Source of the DNA: Chiloscyllium plagiosum
Taxonomy: Eukaryota
NCBI RefSeq assembly: GCF_004010195.1
Contig: NC_057750.1
Location: 835,897-881,568, forward strand
DNA length: 45,672 bases
Reading direction: 5' to 3'
Shown: positions 11,195 to 23,264 of the stretch, in pieces
Numbering within the stretch: the stretch's first letter is position 1
Layout of the letters: the number at the start of each line of letters is the position of its first letter
Position numbers and translations under genes: made by a program
The notes under the pieces: model-generated
Seen by the model: only the letters and a program-made list of their open reading frames with translations
Told to the model about the DNA's origin: nothing
Databases searched by the model: none

Positions 11195-11850
11195 ACAGGA
11201 GCAGGAAGAGGCCATTCAGCTCCTCGAGCCTGCTCTGCTGTGCACTCAGATCACAGCACATCTGTTTGTGTTTCACATTCCACATTTCCCTCTGCCCCCT
11301 CTAACCCTCGATGCCCTTGCCGGACAAGAATCCACCTCCACTTTAAGGATACTCAGTGACCCTTCTCAACTACCTTCTGAGGCAGAGAGTTCCAAAGACT
11401 CACAACCCTCTGGAGAGCACAACATTCTCCTCGTCCCTGTCCTGAAAGGGTGACCTCTTATTTTAAACAGTGCTCCTTGGTCCTGGACTGACCCACCAGA
11501 GGAACCATCCTTTCCCATCCACTGTGTCCAGACCATTCAGGATCTGATACATTTCAATCAGATCGCCTCCTCACTCTGTAACCCTCAGTGGGGACAAGCT
11601 CAGTCTGCCTAACCTTTCCCCATCAACCAACCCCCTCCGTCCAGGGACCAATCTCATAAACCTCCTCTGAACAATCCCCAACCATTACTTCCAGCCTAAC
11701 AATGAGACTGAAACTACACACAGAATCTGAGATGTAGCCTCCCCAATACCTTCTATAACTGAAGCATAACCTCCTTCCTTTTATATTCAAGTCCTCTCAC
11801 AGTAAAGGAGTACATTCCATTAGCTTTCTTGATCACTTGATGCCTCTAAG
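11195..11850 (-). mobile_element. Decayed CR1 LINE 3' portion
   Basis: CAGGAGCAGGAAGAGGCCATTCAGC tail, followed by degenerate ORF2 C-terminal sequence. Confidence 0.75.
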
Positions 11851-11954
11851 CTTTTCCAGATCCTTCCTCTAACGTGTGCCTCCCAACCAACAACATTCAC
11901 TGGAGCAATCTCAACGGCTCAAAACTCTGAAATTCCCACTGCAATTCCCACTAT

Positions 11955-12266
11955 GGGGCGGCACGGTGGCCCAGTGGTTAGCACTGCTGCCTCACAGCAC
12001 CAGGGAGCCGAGTTCAATTCCAGTCTCAGGCAACTGTCTGTGTGGAGTTTGCACGTTCTTCCCGTGTCTGCGTGGGGTTTCCTCCGGGTGCTCCGGTTTC
12101 CTCCCACAGTCCAAAGATGTGCAGGTCAGGTGAATTGGCCATGCTAAATTGTCCGTAGTGTTAGGGTTAAACGTAGGGGAATGGGCCTGGGTAGGTTGCT
12201 CTTCGGAGGGTCGGTGTGGACTGGTTGGGCCGAAGGGCCTGTTTCCACACTGTAGGTAATCTAATC
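11955..12266 (+). mobile_element. HE1 SINE, full length
   Basis: Same head, core and (TAATC)n tail as the other copies. Confidence 0.92.
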
Positions 12267-12430
12267 AAGCCGTTTCCCCATCTCACCTCCTTAAAGACTC
12301 AATGAAAGCATCACTTTGCTCAAATCTCTGCCTGTTCCTCCTCAAACTCACCTTCTTAGATTCAACATTGTTTTTTGCCTCTGTGCCAACACCCTGGGAA
12401 GCTTCTCCATGTTAAAGGTGCTATATAAAT

Positions 12431-13771
12431 AGAACATTGAACATAGAACAATACAGCGTAGAACAGGTCCTTCAGCCCTCGATGTTGCGCTGACCTGTGA
12501 ACTATTTTCAGCTCGTCCCCCTACACTATCCCATCATCATCCATGTGCTTATCTAAGGATTGTTTAAATCTCCCTGATGTGGCTGAGTTGACTACATTAG
12601 CAGGTAGGGCATTCCATGCCCTTACCACTCTTTGCGTAAAGAACCTGCCTCTGACATCTGTCTTAAATCTATCACTCCCTCAATGTGTAGTTATGCCCCC
12701 TCGTACATGCTGACATCATCATCCTAAGAAAAAGTCTTTCACTGTCCACCCTGTCTAATCCTCTGATCATCTTGTACATCTCTAACAAATCCCCTCTTAG
12801 CCTTCTTCTTTCCAATGAAAACAGACCCAAGTCTCTCAGCCTTTCCTCATGAGACCTTCCCTCTAGACCAGGCAACATCCTGGTAAATCTCCTCTGCACC
12901 TTTTCCAATGCTTCCACATCCTTCCTTTAATGGGGCGACCAGAACTGCACACAATATTCCAAGTGCGGCTGCACCAGCGTTTTGTATAGTTGCAGCATGA
13001 TATTGCGGCTCCAGAACTCAATCCCTCTACCAATGAAACCTACAGACCGTATGCCTTCTTAACACCACTATCCACCTGGGTGGCAACTTTCAGGGATTTA
13101 TGCACATGGACTCCAAGATCCCTCTGCACATCCACACTACCAANNNNNNNCTGCATTGAACTCCATTTGCCACCTCTCAGCCCAATTCTGCAGTTTATCC
13201 AACTCCCCTGCAACCTGTAACATTTTTCCTCACTGTCCACTACTCCACTGACTTTAGTGTCATCTGCAAATTTACTAACCCATCCACATTTGCCTGCATC
13301 TAAGTCATTTATAAAAATGACAAACAGCAGTGGTCCCAAAACAGATCCTTGTGACACACCACTAGTAACCGAACTCCAGGCTGAATATTTTCCATCAACC
13401 ACCACTCGCTGCCTTCTTTCAGAAAGCCAGTTTCTAATTCAAACTGCTAAATCACCCTCAATCCCATGCCTCCGCATTTTCTCCAACAGCCTACCATGTG
13501 GAACCTTATCAAAGGATTTACTGAAGTCCATCTATACCATGTCAACTGCCCTAACCTCATCTACATGCTTGGTCACCTTCTCAAAAAACTCAGTGAGGTT
13601 TATGAGACACGATCTGCCCTTGATGAAACCATGTTGACTAACTGAAATCAAATTGTTGCTTGCTAGATGATCTTGGTCACCTTCTCAAAAAACTCAGTGA
13701 GGTTTGTGAGACACGACCTGCCCTTGATGAAACCATGTTGACTAGAGGGCATAGGTTGCTTGCTAGATGAT
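12431..13771 (-). mobile_element. CR1 LINE ORF2 RT and C-terminus, 5'-truncated, with terminal 100-bp duplication
   Basis: ORF 13040-13405 SGVSQGSVLGPLLFVIFINDLD...KFADD; ORF 12672-12917 QRRFTRMLPG...RRLRGDL; (CATAGAA)n-like tail. Confidence 0.95.
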
Positions 13772-13879
13772 TATAAATGCCAAGAATTGAAGCAGAGATT
13801 TATTTTTCCGTGACAGTGACACTGATATCAAAGTCCTGAATCGATAAAGATTCCATTCCTCAGAATTCTGTCGTACATC

Positions 13880-14200
13880 CAGTACAGGAACAGGCCATTC
13901 AGCCCATCAAGAATTTTAACTCCACCTACCTCCTCCTACTCCTCCCTTCACTTCACAGCATTACTTTCTATTCCTTGCTCCCTTGTGTGTTTACCCAGTT
14001 CTCCCATTAAATATATTGACACAATTCACCTTGAACATTGCCAGTGGGAGCAAGACCCACATTCTCCCCAATCTCTGGGGAAAGGATTTTGTTCGGAATT
14101 CCAAATTGGACTTATTAGTGACTGTCTGATATTGATGGCTCCTGGTTATGTTCTGACTCTCAAGAGGACCAGCCTTCTCTGTATCTGCCCTTCAACACTG
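13880..14200 (-). mobile_element. Old CR1 3' fragment
   Basis: CAGTACAGGAACAGGCCATTCAGCCCATC tail plus degenerate body. Confidence 0.55.
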
Positions 14201-14327
14201 CGCTGGTGACTGCAATTTGCTCGAATGGATCTCTTTGTCTGGTTGATGGGATAACCCTTGATCATTTTAAATTATGTGAGATGATGTGTTATCTCCATCA
14301 GCTGCAGATATACCTGCCAGAGAGGTG

Positions 14328-14707
14328 CCAGAAAGATGCCTTTTAGATGTTGTAATTGTACCCGCCTCCACCAGTTCCTCTGGCAGTTCATTCCCTATAT
14401 GCACCACCCTCTGCGTGAAAAATGTTGCCCTTAGCTCTCTTTTATATCTTTCCCCTCTCACCCTAAACCTATGCCCTCTAGTTCTGGACTCCCCTACCCT
14501 AGGGAAAAGACTTTGCCTATTTATCCTATCCACAACCCCTCATGATTTTATAAACCTCTATAATGTCAGCCCCTCAGCCTCCGAGGCTCCAGAAAAAACA
14601 GCCCCAGACTGTTCAGCCTCTCCCTATAGCTCATACCGTCTAACTCTGCAACATCCTTGTAAATCTTTGCTGAACCCTTTCAAGTTTCACAATATCCTTC
14701 CGATAGG
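14328..14707 (-). mobile_element. HER1/CR1 ORF2 C-terminal fragment
   Basis: ORF 14267-14533: ESRTRGHRFRVRGE...FFTQRVV...ELPEE. Confidence 0.85.
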
Positions 14708-14729
14708 ACTCTGTGGGGACTCTGTGGAA

Positions 14730-14885
14730 CTCATTGCTGTGGGGGGCTGTGGAGGCCAAGTCATTGAGTGTATTTAAGAAAGAGACAGATAGGTTCCTGA
14801 TTCGTAAGGAGATCAAGGGTTACAGTGAGAAAGCAGGAGAATGGGATTGAGAAATAAATCAGCAGCGGTTGAATGGTGGAACACG
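14730..14885 (+). mobile_element. CR1 3' fragment
   Basis: GCTGTGGAGGCCAAGTCATTGAG...GGTTACAGTGAGAAAGCAGGAGAATGGG. Confidence 0.7.
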
Positions 14886-14886
14886 G

Positions 14887-15219
14887 TGGGCGGCACGGTG
14901 GCACAGTGGTTAGCACTGCTGCCTCACAGCGCCAGAGACCCGGGTTCAATTCCCGCCTCAGGCGACTGACTGTGTGGAGTTTGCACGTTCTCCCCGTGTC
15001 TGCGTGGGTTTCCTCCGGGTGCTCCGGTTTCCTCCCACAATCCAAAAGATGTCAGGTCAGGTGAATTGGCCATGCTAAATTGCCCATAGTGTTAGGTTAG
15101 GGGTAAATGTATGGGTGGGTTGCGCTTCGGCGGGGCGGTGTGGACTTGTTGGGCCGAAGGGCCTGTTTCCACACTGTAAGTAATCTAATTTAAGTAATCT
15201 AATCTAACCTAATCTAATC
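14887..15219 (+). mobile_element. HE1 SINE, young (CpGs retained)
   Basis: GGCGGCACGGTGGCACAGTGG...GGTTCAATTCC; expanded (TAATC)n tail; nearly identical to 21507-21815. Confidence 0.95.
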
Positions 15220-16287
15220 AAACAGAAATTGCTGGAAACACTCGGCAACTGTCATTTTGGGTCAAGTGACCCTTCTGCAGCATGCGGAGCAAGCTCAATG
15301 GACAGAGACTGGGGAGAATGTGGGTCCCCAGAGATTGGGGAGAAAGGTCTAATTCTGCACAATATCTTCTGGTCTTACGCAGAAAAGAACAAATTAGTCA
15401 GCAAGCTCATTCTGCAATCATTGAATGGCAGCCTTCCCCTGGAGTGAAAGGTTAAGTGAGAAGGTTTCACCTGGTTGTGCATTTGTTTGTCCACCTCTCT
15501 GGCAGGTGTATCTGCAGCTGATGGAGATAACACACCATCTCACAATGAATGGCTTGTTGAACATGACTAGATTTGCTGTTGGCCATTACCAGTGATTCAC
15601 GATTACCACTGCCAATCCTGAGTCATGCTCATTGAAATGAATCCCCTGGTCTAAATTAGGAGCATCACAATTCTCACAAGTAATTAATTCCTTATTAAAT
15701 GTGCACAGCTTTACAATCCTGAATACACTCCATCAGTTTTGCAGCTAGTGAGGTTATAGCGCCTCTCCCGGGAACTGAGTGTTCATCTGACACGCTGTTC
15801 ATTGGTCACGAGTTTCTGTGGGTTATTCACCCCGTCCGTGGCTCAGTGAACAAGCAGGATGCACCTTCTAATGCATTGATGATATGAACATAAATAAAGA
15901 TTAAAATACTCCACTTCCTTTCAGCACTATGCTCACAGGAGTGAACAATCTTAGAATACAGGCACTGGGATTGGTACAAAAATGATTCACCAGAATAATA
16001 TCAGAACCGAGAGATTATCAAGAAAGATGAAATAGGTTTCTATCCAGAAAAGCGGAGGCACAGAATCTCTCTCTATCTTGCTGCCTGTGTCTCCCTATCT
16101 CACTATCTCTATCACAATCTCTATCTGTTTCTCTTTCTCTGTGTCTCTGTCTCTGACAGTTCCTGTGTCTCTATGCATTACTTTCTTTGTCTGTCTCCCT
16201 CACAATCTGTGTTTTTCACATTGTCTTTGTATCTTTTACTGTTTGTCTAACTTTTCCCCTCTCTGTGCCTCTCATTATCTGCCCACC

Positions 16288-16475
16288 CAGAGTCCGTTAG
16301 CTCAGTTGGCTGGATGGCTAGTTTTGCAATGCAGTGACGCCTACAGTGTAGGTTCAATCTGTCTACAAGCTGAGGTTACCATCAAAGTCCCATCTTCTCA
16401 ACCTCTCCCCTTGCCCAAGATCTGGTGCCTCGGGTTAAACCATCAGTAGCATCTCTCTCTAACGAGAGAGCAAAA
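16288..16475 (+). mobile_element. tRNA-derived SINE distinct from HE1
   Basis: A box TAGCTCAGTTGG and B box GGTTCAATC, followed by a non-HE1 body. Confidence 0.55.
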
Positions 16476-16842
16476 CATTGGGCAACTTACTTTTATGTTA
16501 GTCCAGCTCTGTCTTTCTCACTCTCTTCCCAGCCCTTTCACCATCTCATTAGAACAGACTGTCTTCCTGTCTTGAAGGAAAAGTTGAGTTTTACAAAAAT
16601 AAAGGTGAAGTCTAAATCCAGTTTAAATCCTTACACCCTATAGGACAGTCTCACTAACAGTGAGGCACAGTTTAAGAGCTTCAGTAACTGTTAAATAATC
16701 CAATGTGAACAAGATGATCAAGTTTTATGTACCATCCAGTACACAGAATTTGCAAAAACATCAAATCATTTCCCAGTGGAAACAAATGCACAGCATAAAC
16801 ATGTGTGTCATTTGAAGGGGAACTTCAGAGGGAATGTCAGAT

Positions 16843-17547
16843 TTAGAACATAGAACATCGAAAAGTACAGCACAGAACAGGCCCTTTGGCCCAAGATGTT
16901 GTGCCGAGATTTAATCCAAATGTAAAATATAGTAACTTGACCTATGCACCCCTCAACTCACTGCTCTCCAAGTGCATGTCCAGCAGTCGCTTAAATGTCC
17001 CCAATGACTCTGCCTCCACCACCTCAGCTGGCAATGCATCCCATACATTCACAACTCTCTGCATAAAGAACCTACCTCTGACGTCTCCTTTATAGCTTCC
17101 TCCTAATATCTTCAAACTATGACTTCTCGTACCAGTCAATCCTGCCCTGGGGAAAAGTCTCTGGCTATTGACTCTATCTATTCCACTCATTATTTTGTAC
17201 ACCTCTATCAGATCTCCTCTCTTCCTCCTTCTTTCCAGTGAGAAAATTCTGAGCTTATTCAACCTTTCTTCATAAAGCAAGCCCTCCAGTCCAGGCAGCA
17301 TCCTGGTAAACCTTCTTTGCACCCTCTCCAAAGCCTCTGGGCCACCAGAACTGGACACAATATTCCAAGTGTGGTCTCACCAGGGACTTGTAGAGCTGCA
17401 GCAAAACCTCGCGGCTCTTAAACTCGATCCCCCTGTTAATGAAAGCCAAAACACCATATGCTTTCTTAACAACCCCATCCACTTGGGTGGCACTTGCACA
17501 CCCAGATCCCTCTGTTCCTCCATACTGCCAAGAATCCTGTCCTTAAT
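16843..17547 (-). mobile_element. CR1 LINE 3' portion with internal deletions
   Basis: ORFs 16942-17358 and 17270-17482: [35 protein letters not shown]. Confidence 0.92.
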
Positions 17548-17574
17548 TCTGGAGTGAGAGATGGTGGAAAACTC

Positions 17575-18457
17575 TTATTCAACTGAATAGGCTGGGGCTG
17601 TTTTTCCTTGAGCGTCGGAGGCTGAGGGTTGACCTTATAGAGGTTTATAAAATCATGAGGGGCTTGCATGGAATTAATAGACAAGGTCTTATCCCCAGTT
17701 GAGAGTGTTTTGCTGGAAAAGCACAGCAGGTCAGGCAGCATCTGAGGAGCAGGAAAAATCGACGTTTCGGACTGGAGCCCTTAATCAGGAATGAGGCAGG
17801 GAGCCTCGGGGGTGGAGAGATAAATGGGAGGGGGTGGGGAGCATTGATGCCCTGGGGTTGAAGTGTTCCGAGGCGGAAGATGAGGCGTTCTTCCTCCAGG
17901 CGTCAGGTGGTGAGGGAGCGGCGGTGGAGGAGGCCCAGGACCTGCATGTCCTCAGCTGAGTGGGAGGGGAGTTGAAATGGGGTTGATTGGTGCGGGTGTC
18001 CCAGAGATGTTCCCTAAAGCACTCTGCGAGGAGGCGTTCAGTCTCCCCAGTGTAGAGGAGACCGCATTGGGAGCAACGGATACAATAAATGATATTAGTG
18101 GATGTACTGGCGAAACTCTGATGGATGTGGAAGGCTCCTTTGGGGTCTAGGATGGAGATGAGGGGGGAGGTGTGGACACAGGTATCTTCAGGTTGGGGGA
18201 GTCCAAAACTAGAGGGCATAAACTTTTTCACGCAGAGGGTGGTGTGCATACGGAATGAGCTGCCAGAGGAAGTGGTGGAGGCCGGTACAATTACAACATT
18301 TAAAAGATATCTGGATGAGCATATGAATAGGAAGGGTTAGAGGGATATGGGCTAAGTGCTGGCAAATGGGACTAGATTAATTTAGAATATCTGGTCAGCA
18401 TGGATGAGTTGGGCCGCGGGGTCTGTTTCTGTGCTGTACAGATGTGTGGCTCTATGA
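17575..18457 (+). mobile_element. HER1/CR1 3' end split by a PLE insertion (CR1 parts 17575-17699 and 18190-18457)
   Basis: GCTGAGGGTTGACCTTATAGAGG..., resuming at GGGGAGTCCAAAACTAGAGGGCATA...TTTTTCACGCAGAGGGTGG. Confidence 0.8.
17700..18189 (-). mobile_element. PLE 3' fragment: GIY-YIG endonuclease remnant and pLTR with hammerhead motif (17757-17792)
   Basis: ORF 17785-18249: STNIIYCIRCSQCGLLYTGETERLLAECFREH. Confidence 0.88.
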
Positions 18458-19616
18458 GGAGATGCTTTCCAGAGACCAAAGCTGAACGGTGTTGTTGCTG
18501 TTGGGGAGTGGGACCCCCCTCCTGTGGGTAACCAGCGCCTACCTGGGAGCCTCTGAATTGATACAGTGAGGTACAAGCGTACAAATAATGAACTTTGGAA
18601 AAGCGATGGCCAGTCTTTTCCCCACTGGAGATTGTAATCAAGACCGCCAATCTGAACGGTTAACTCGGTTTCTCTCTGCACACTGTTGTTGAGTATTTTC
18701 AGCAACTGTAGGTTAATGAGCTGCTCTCTCCGGTGATGTGAAATAGCAGTACTAACAATACACAGCCTGCGTACATGCAATGCATATCCCACTCACCTTG
18801 CGCTAAACGTCTTTGCTTCAAAGAATGAACAAAAAAAATCCCCAGAAACTAATTGGATGTGGGTTTCTGAACAATTTTTGATGTTTTGTAAATCCAAACA
18901 GCAAAGCAACCTTCTAGTTGCTTCATCGTTCACAACTGCTGCTTTGAAATTTCCAGCTATATTTGTTAGCCTGTATAAAAACACTCTGGTCTCACGCAGA
19001 GGCTCTGGATCACTTGTCCATTCAGTCTATTTATCAGGCACAATGTGATGAAATGAGAAGCCATTAGCAACACGCAGTAAACTCTCCAGCTGTGACAATG
19101 CTGGGCTGTGGCCTTTTCTCAGAGTCTTTCTTCAGTTCAAATTCTTCCTTGCTGCTGCATTATCTTCCAGCTACTGAACGAATCCTTGTTTTAGATCAGT
19201 GTTTCTTGGAGTGTTAGTCAGAGCTCTGGTTTTGTAGCCAGGCGATAGATTTAAGCAGCTTCCACATCAGATGCAATTCATCGTCAGATGCAATTTTGAT
19301 TTCAGATTATAATTAGCTATGAGAACAGAGGAACAGAAATCTTCAAGTGAGAGCAAGTTATTTCAAGGAAGTCAAAACACGAGAAGGAATTGACTGATAA
19401 TCCTTAGATTCATGCTTTTTAATTGTGCTGACTCATCAAAGAGAAGAACAAAATGATTGACCATCAAATGGCTGAGAGATGGAGGTGGGAGGGGGATGAA
19501 CAGCCTGTTAGGCTGATGGGTCTGTGGGTTCACTTGGTGACAACGCGAGAACAGCAACATTTGAACACTTACATGTGAGAAAAGCTTTGGAAAGCGCTGA
19601 GGATGGTGGTGATTGG

Positions 19617-19797
19617 AAATAGAAACAGAAATTGCTGGAGAAGCTCAGCAGGTCTGGTGGTGTCTGTGGAGAGTTAACGTTTCTAGTCCAATAAAACTTC
19701 TTCACCTTGACTGTCCCGAATTACTTTTCCAAAGGGGATTCATATCAGACACCAAACATTTGCTCTCCTTCTTTCTCTGTCTCCATAGATGACTGTA
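19617..19797. mobile_element. Degenerate PLE pLTR hairpin fragment
   Basis: GAAATTGCTGGAGAAGCTCAGCAGGTCTGG...GTTAACGTTTC, same family as 2697-2930. Confidence 0.55.
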
Positions 19798-19894
19798 GGT
19801 CTATAAGACTGGAAGCAGGAGTAGGCCATTCAGCCCATCGATTCTGCTCCACCAGTCAAGAGACCATGGATGATCTGATAATCCTCAACCCCAC

Positions 19895-20366
19895 TTACGC
19901 AGATGGGGGCAGCGACAACACATAAGAAGCTTGACACCATCCAGAATGAAGGACTCCCCTTGATTGGAATCACATCCACAAGTATCTCCTCCCTCACCAT
20001 CGATGCTCAGTGGCAGGAGTGCGTACTGTTTACAAGATGCACTGCAGAAATTTATCCAGGATCCTTCCAAACCCATGACCATTACCATCTAGAAGGACAA
20101 GAGCAACAGATACATGGGAACACCACCCCCTGCAAGTTCCCCTCCAAGCCCCTCACCATCCCGACTGGGAAATATATCACCGTTCCTTCAGTGTCGCTGA
20201 TCAAAATCCTGGAATTCCCTCCCCAAGGGCATTGTGGGTCAACCCACAGCACATGGACTGCAGCAGTTCAGGAAGGCAGCTCACCCCCACCTTCTCAAGG
20301 GGCAACTAGGGATGAGCAATAAATGCTGGGCCCAGCCAGTGACACCCTCATCCCACACAATGAATT
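19895..20366 (+). mobile_element. CR1/L2-group LINE 3' end, a different family from HER1
   Basis: KKLDTIQN...SLT/HR-type ORF2 end; tail GGGCAACTAGGGATGAGCAATAAATGCTGG...ATGAAT; preceded by a CR1 tail fragment at 19800-19892 (minus). Confidence 0.65.
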
Positions 20367-21506
20367 TTAAAAAGTCTCACTGGTTGGCTGCTGGTTGGTC
20401 TTGTGATTGATTTGAATGAAGTAGATATTTGTAACTGAATCAGAGAGAATGTGTTCACCCTGACTGAGACACCTCTTCCAGAAAACTGGAGAACCATGTG
20501 ACTTGAATCTCATCTGATCACCGCAGGTAGGGGAGTGAGGAAAACCTTCCAAACTTACAACCTTCACTCCCAAATCCTGGAATGCATTTGACATTTGAAG
20601 GAAAACTCCCTTCCTTCTGTACATTCCCCATCGTCGAATAGTGTCGAATTGTAGGAGACTTTGAGCTGTTAACCAGTATTTATTTTGCCCTTTAAGCAAT
20701 TGGTCTTGTCCAAACTCATTACCACTTAGCACATTTCAGGGCAATCTCAGACAGGACATTCTCGCCAGCATCCATCAAACAAATGTCTCGGAGTTAAAAG
20801 CATTATTCTCGAACCCTTTACACCAACTATTCCCTTTGGGAGAATCTGCCATTCAACATCGGCAAACTGGTCAATTTGAAATAGATTAAAATTGATTTAA
20901 ATGAAATAGGAACAGTCATAATCTCACAAACTTGATAGTAATATCTTTTGCAATGGGCCATTTGTTTTAATGAGCGGGAAAGCTGTGGGGATTTTGTTTT
21001 AGAAATTATAATTATCAATGCTCTATCATTTAATTCAATTATTCACCATTCTGGATCAATCAGGCTAATAAAAATAAGTCAATTGCCAATTCATATTGTC
21101 GTAGATATTAATAAAGGTCCTGTCTCAAGAGTAATATTTGCCCATGTTGCAATTATAAAAGTAACAAAAACTTCTTCTCCTTCAAAATACAGGAAAGGAA
21201 TAAATAGGTAAGGTTCGGATTCATGACATTAACCATTGAATACAAAGCCATTCACTTGTGACCTCCAATTAACCCTCTATTATCATACCCTTTCCAATGG
21301 TTTGCTGACACAAACTCAGCTCAGGACATGCTGCTGGTATGTTGGCCCCACACACTGAAACATTCAGAGGACTTTGTCTTTAATATTAGAGCCAGCTGAG
21401 GAAAGAAGAGAAAGATGCTCCAGAGGGAAGGTGGGTGGAATCACAGTCACCCTTTCACCCTCCTCCAATGGCAATTGGAGATGGAGGAGCTTTGGCTGGA
21501 ACAAGC

Positions 21507-21815
21507 GTGGCATGGTGGGCCAGTGGTTAGCACTGCTGCCTCACAGCGCCAGAGACCCGGGTTCAATTCCCGCCTCAGGCGACTGACTGTGTGGAGTTTG
21601 CACGTTCTCCCCGTGTCTGCGTGGGTTTCCTCCGGGTGCTCCGGTTTCCTCCCACAGTCCAAAGATGTGCAGGTCAGGTGAATTGGCCATGCTAAATTGC
21701 CTGTAGTGTTAGGTAAGGGTAAATGTAGGGGTATGGGTGGGTTGCGCTTCGGCGGGGCGGTGTGGACTTGTTGGGCCAAAGGGCCTGTTTCCACACTGTA
21801 ATGTAATCTAATCTA
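21507..21815 (+). mobile_element. HE1 SINE, young
   Basis: Head, core and tail as in 14887-15219. Confidence 0.95.
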
Positions 21816-22494
21816 AACTGTCCCCTTGCCAACTGCACTCAAACCAACGGCCAGCTCAGAGATGGTGGCAATTAAAATTCTGTGAAAAACGCAGGAGGTC
21901 AGTCAACATCAGAAGATAGAAACAAAATGCCCACAGTCCCAACACTGCTGACAATCACTCCCCAACTGCATTGCTGGCCAATCCCATCAGAAACCAATGG
22001 CCCTGTTACATGTCAAAGACTTTGTCCTACCTTCATTGTGACCCAGTGTATCAGGAGGAAGAGAAATGAAATGGGAAACAGGGATAATTGTAGCATTTAA
22101 TACAAACAGAAGCACAACAGGGGTGCAATATTAATAGTAAATGTGTTATTTTTTTCCCTCTGAATGCTTGTTATTCCTTATTTTAGATGTCATGTTGTTT
22201 ATTTTTAAAGGTTTCTTTTTCAGATGTGTTAATCATTTCTGTTCATAGCAAACAACATCATTTCATCGACAGTGCGTTTCTGGGTCAATAATCTGTGTGT
22301 ATGACTAACACATCACACAACCAAAACAGCAATAAAACAGAAAACAAACTCTCCAGTTTGTGCCAAATGATCACAATGATCACAATGATCAGAAAGATCC
22401 CAGAATTTATCACTGCGGTGCATGCTGCTGAGATAACTACATAGAGGCATCCTTTATTTCCACGGAGCCAGCTCAGAGGCAGCCCCTAGACTGA

Positions 22495-22873
22495 GTAGAA
22501 CATAGAACAGTGCAGTACAGTACAGGCCCTTCAGCCCTTGATGTTGTGCCGACCTTTTATCCGATTCTAAGGTCAGAATAACTGACATACCCTTCATTTT
22601 ACTATCATCCATGTGTCTATCCAAGAGTCGTTTCAATGTTCCTTACATATCTGACTCTACTACCACCACTGGCAATGCATTCCATACACCCACTACTCTG
22701 TGTGTAAAAAACCGACCTCTGACATTTCTCCTGAACGTTCTTTCAATCACCTTAAAATCATGGTCTTTGCGATAGCCATTTCTGAAGAAGGGCTCATGCC
22801 CGAAACGCCAATTCTCCTGCTCCTTGAATGCTGCCTGACCTGCTGCGCTTTTCCAGCAACACATTTTCAGCTC
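22495..22873. mobile_element. CR1 3' end (minus, 22495-22770) abutting a PLE pLTR fragment with hammerhead motif (plus, 22778-22873)
   Basis: FFTHRVVGVWNALP; CTGAAGA-A-GGGC-TCAT-GCCC-GAAAC. Confidence 0.8.
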
Positions 22874-23264
22874 AGGAAAACAATTAACCCCAGATCATGC
22901 CCTTAGTGGGTCAGATGACACGTGACCTCCAGGATTGTTACAGAAATATCGACATGTTTATATGAGCGCTGATAATACCTCGAAATGTAGAAGCCAGCTT
23001 TAAACCTACCTGGACTTGGCAATTTGTCACGTGTGGAGCTGGATCAGACAGTATCCATGCAGGCAGGCCTTGGACAATCAGTTTCCTGTTGAAACCAGAC
23101 AGGACTGGAACTACCTGGCCAAGGGCTTACAGCCAAATTGGTTGAGAACGAACCGTTGTTTCCATGTCCCGTGAAGCTGTTTTCTTTGAAGAATGTGACA
23201 CAGACTTGGTGGCACCCAGCTCAGTAGGAGATCAGAGCATGGTGTAACCAGACATCACACAGAA

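Noticed and set aside
14887..14960. tRNA gene
   Set aside because: tRNA-derived head continuous with the HE1 SINE body and tail
16070..16285. Hydrophobic membrane-like ORF 16078-16449
   Set aside because: TC-rich low-complexity DNA running into a SINE
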